Origin: Candidatus Sericytochromatia bacterium
Lineage (GTDB): Bacteria > Cyanobacteriota > Sericytochromatia > S15B-MN24 > JAQBPE01
DNA length: 25,563 nt
Assembly (NCBI GenBank): GCA_035285125.1
Contig: JAYKHR010000139.1
Location: 1-25,563 of the forward strand
Direction of reading: 5' to 3'
Shown one piece after another: positions 23,850-25,563 of the stretch. The translations under genes were made by a program, and so were the position numbers. The notes beneath the pieces were generated by a model, which saw only the letters and a list, made by a program, of their open reading frames with translations, did not search any database and was not told the DNA's origin. Each line of letters opens with the position of its first letter. The stretch's first letter is position 1.

Positions 23850-24983
23850 TCAGCCCTCCACCAGCGTCAGCTCGAACCGCACATTCGCACCGCCCATGTA
23901 CCGGATGAAGGCGTCGTAGTCGCGCACGTTGAGGCAGCCGGAGGACGAGGGGCCGCCCGACGCCGAGCCAGGGTGCAGCCGGATCAGGGAGCTGGTGCTC
24001 GGCGAGGTGACCTCGGCGCCCGTGTAGCGGCCGTCGCGGTTGCGGTCGCGCGCCACCGCGACGGTCATGTCGCCGTCCAGGTCGCGCACGATGAAGGCGT
24101 TGCGCCACTTGGCGTCCCTCCAGCGGGGCGTCATCGCGTAGCTGCCGGGCACCAGCATCGCCGACCCCGAGGTGCTCCGCGTGCTCGGCCGCGTCGTGCC
24201 CGAGAAGACGCGCATCTCGCCGTTGGGCTTGAGCACCACGAAGTGGTCCTCCCAGCCCTTGGTGGGGCGGTTGCCCGTGCGGATGGCGAGCACCGTCGGC
24301 TGCCCGTTGCGGAACACCGTCCCGCCACGGGAGCGCACGACGTCGACGGCGTGCTGCCACGTCAGCGAGGCGAGGGGCCCGACGGCCAGGGGCCCGGCCG
24401 GCCGCGTGGCGGGCTGGGGCTGCGGCCGGGGGGCGGGCGCCGCGGGGGGCGGGGCCACGGGCTGAGCGGCCGCCGGGGGGAGGGCCTGGGCCAGCGGCAG
24501 ATCCGGCAGCTGCCAGGCGCCGGGGGTGGCCGCAGGCGACTGCCAGGCGGCAGGCGCCGGGACGGGGGGCAGCGGGGCCACGGCCGGCTGCCAGGCGGCA
24601 GGGACCGGGGCAGGGGGCGGCGGGGCCGCGGGCGCCTGCCAGGCGGCAGGGACCGGGGCAGGGGGCGGCGGGGCCGCGGGCGGCTGCCAGGCGGCAGGGA
24701 CCGGGACGGGGGGCAGCGGGGCCGCGGGCGGCTGCCAGGCGGCAGGCGCCGGGACGGAGGGCAGCGGGGCCGCGGGCGGCTGCCAGGCGGCAGGCGCCGG
24801 GACGGGGGGCAACGGGGCCGCGGGCGGCTGCCACAATGGGGCTGGCGTGGGGGCGGACGGCACCCAGGCGTCGCCGGTCCAGGCCGGTTGGCTGCTCGCC
24901 GGCACCCCCGGCACCGCGGCGAACTGCCGCTGGTAAGTGGCCAGCCTGCTGGCGGCGGCGTCGGCCAAGGAGCCCCACGTCAT
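23850..24983 (-). CDS. Pro/Ala-rich repeat protein with a C-terminal L,D-transpeptidase-like (YkuD/Tlde1-type His-Cys) domain, about 377 aa
   Basis: ORF 23850..25049; GGGAGG SD before ATG 24983. C-terminal LVPGSY...RDRNRDGRYTGAE...IRLHPGSASGGPSSSGCLNV. Family assignment rests on motif only. Confidence 0.75.
   Translation of the reverse strand: MTWGSLADAAASRLATYQRQFAAVPGVPASSQPAWTGDAWVPSAPTPAPLWQPPAAPLPPVPAPAAWQPPAAPLPSVPAPAAWQPPAAPLPPVPVPAAWQPPAAPPPPAPVPAAWQAPAAPPPPAPVPAAWQPAVAPLPPVPAPAAWQSPAATPGAWQLPDLPLAQALPPAAAQPVAPPPAAPAPRPQPQPATRPAGPLAVGPLASLTWQHAVDVVRSRGGTVFRNGQPTVLAIRTGNRPTKGWEDHFVVLKPNGEMRVFSGTTRPSTRSTSGSAMLVPGSYAMTPRWRDAKWRNAFIVRDLDGDMTVAVARDRNRDGRYTGAEVTSPSTSSLIRLHPGSASGGPSSSGCLNVRDYDAFIRYMGGANVRFELTLVEG
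24546..24833 (-). repeat. Six tandem 48-bp repeats encoding WQPPAAPLPPVPAPAA, plus a partial seventh
   Basis: Trp codons recur every 48 nt from 24833 to 24545; units are near-identical at the DNA level. Confidence 0.95.
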
Positions 24984-25335
24984 CGCAACCCTCCCACGCC
25001 CGCCCCACCCCCCGGGCGCGGCGGCCTCCCAGCCCCCGACCGGGGGCAAACTCCGTGGGAGTTATCCGGTCCGGTGCTTCGGGGCTTGTCTGGCTTAACG
25101 CAAAGCACACCAGAGGTTAACAAGCCTTTTGGTCAAGGAGCCTGAGCCTGGCCAGCAGCCACGGCACGAGCATTGCACTCGCCTGGCGGGCCAGCACCGG
25201 GCTTGGCCCTCAGCCCCGGGGCAGCAGGCCCACGTTCACGCACGACCACCGAGAGCGAGCCTGGTGCAAGAGGCCTACGCCTCCCGTGCCCCGGCCCGAC
25301 GCAGCAGCGAATGGCCCTACCCCACACCGGCGCGA

Positions 25336-25563
25336 TCAGCCCTCCAGCCAGCCCCGCAACGCCGCCTCGTCCGCCAGCTTGAACACCGCCCCTACCAGAT
25401 CCTCCAGGCGCGCCACCGGCTGGGCCTCCACCAGCGCCACCGTCGATGGCGACAGCGACCCGAGCTTGGCCTCCAGCACCCGCAGGCACAGCCTCTGCGC
25501 GGCCTCGCGGTGGCCCGCCTCAAGGCCTTCCCGACGGCCCTCCTGACGGCCCTCCTGACGGCC
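25336..25563 (-). CDS. 3' end of an Rpn-family (recombination-promoting nuclease/putative transposase) or DUF4351 protein; partial
   Basis: Not in the ORF track. Manual translation: GRQEGRQEGRREGLEAGHREAAQRLCLRVLEAKLGSLSPSTVALVEAQPVARLEDLVGAVFKLADEAALRGWLEG*. The GxxE repeats followed by a helical tail ending ..L..WL are typical of this family. Confidence 0.8.
   Translation of the reverse strand, partial: GRQEGRQEGRREGLEAGHREAAQRLCLRVLEAKLGSLSPSTVALVEAQPVARLEDLVGAVFKLADEAALRGWLEG

Noticed and set aside
24546..24833. 48-bp tandem array as a CRISPR
   Set aside because: There are no unique spacers; it is an in-frame coding repeat.
25043..25110. c-di-GMP-I riboswitch-like fragments GGCAAAC and ACGCAAAGC
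   Set aside because: They are on the plus strand with no downstream plus-strand gene, the spacing is too long, and there is no GNRA-capped P2 or receptor stem.
16140..25145. 3001-aa plus-strand ORF
   Set aside because: It is the in-register antisense shadow of four real minus-strand genes that happen to share a frame (16251, 18105, 22293 and 23850 are all divisible by 3). TTA/CTA/TCA codons are rare in GC-rich genes, the product is R/G/P/H-rich with no domain, and it crosses operator-bearing intergenic DNA.

Overview
Very GC-rich bacterial DNA (about 70-75% GC by eye; taxon not determinable) with 14 supportable protein genes; most other ORFs in the track are antisense or alternate-frame shadows. 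The window is dominated by a cluster of repeat-scaffold proteins. Eight are WD40 beta-propeller proteins: five have N-terminal export or lipoprotein signals, one is a cytoplasmic triple propeller, and two are fused to an N-lobe-less, catalytically dead kinase C-lobe. The others are a Sel1/Hcp-like lipoprotein with an exact 48-aa Cys-paired repeat, an exported toxin-less DUF6531/YD-repeat protein that resembles Bdellovibrio Bd0109 (from recall), a 74-aa lipoprotein, an intact RtcB RNA ligase, a Pro-rich tandem-repeat protein with an L,D-transpeptidase-like His/Cys domain, and the 3' end of an Rpn/DUF4351-type gene. The most notable unannotated signal is a 14-bp palindrome, G(G/T/A)GACA-NN-TG(T/C)C(C/A)(C/T), with DosR/NarL-box geometry. 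It occurs six times, once near the head of each transcription unit from the first WD40/Sel1 pair to rtcB. This suggests one regulon linking exported propeller/solenoid proteins, pseudokinase-WD40 proteins and RNA repair. No rRNA, tRNA or CRISPR array was seen.
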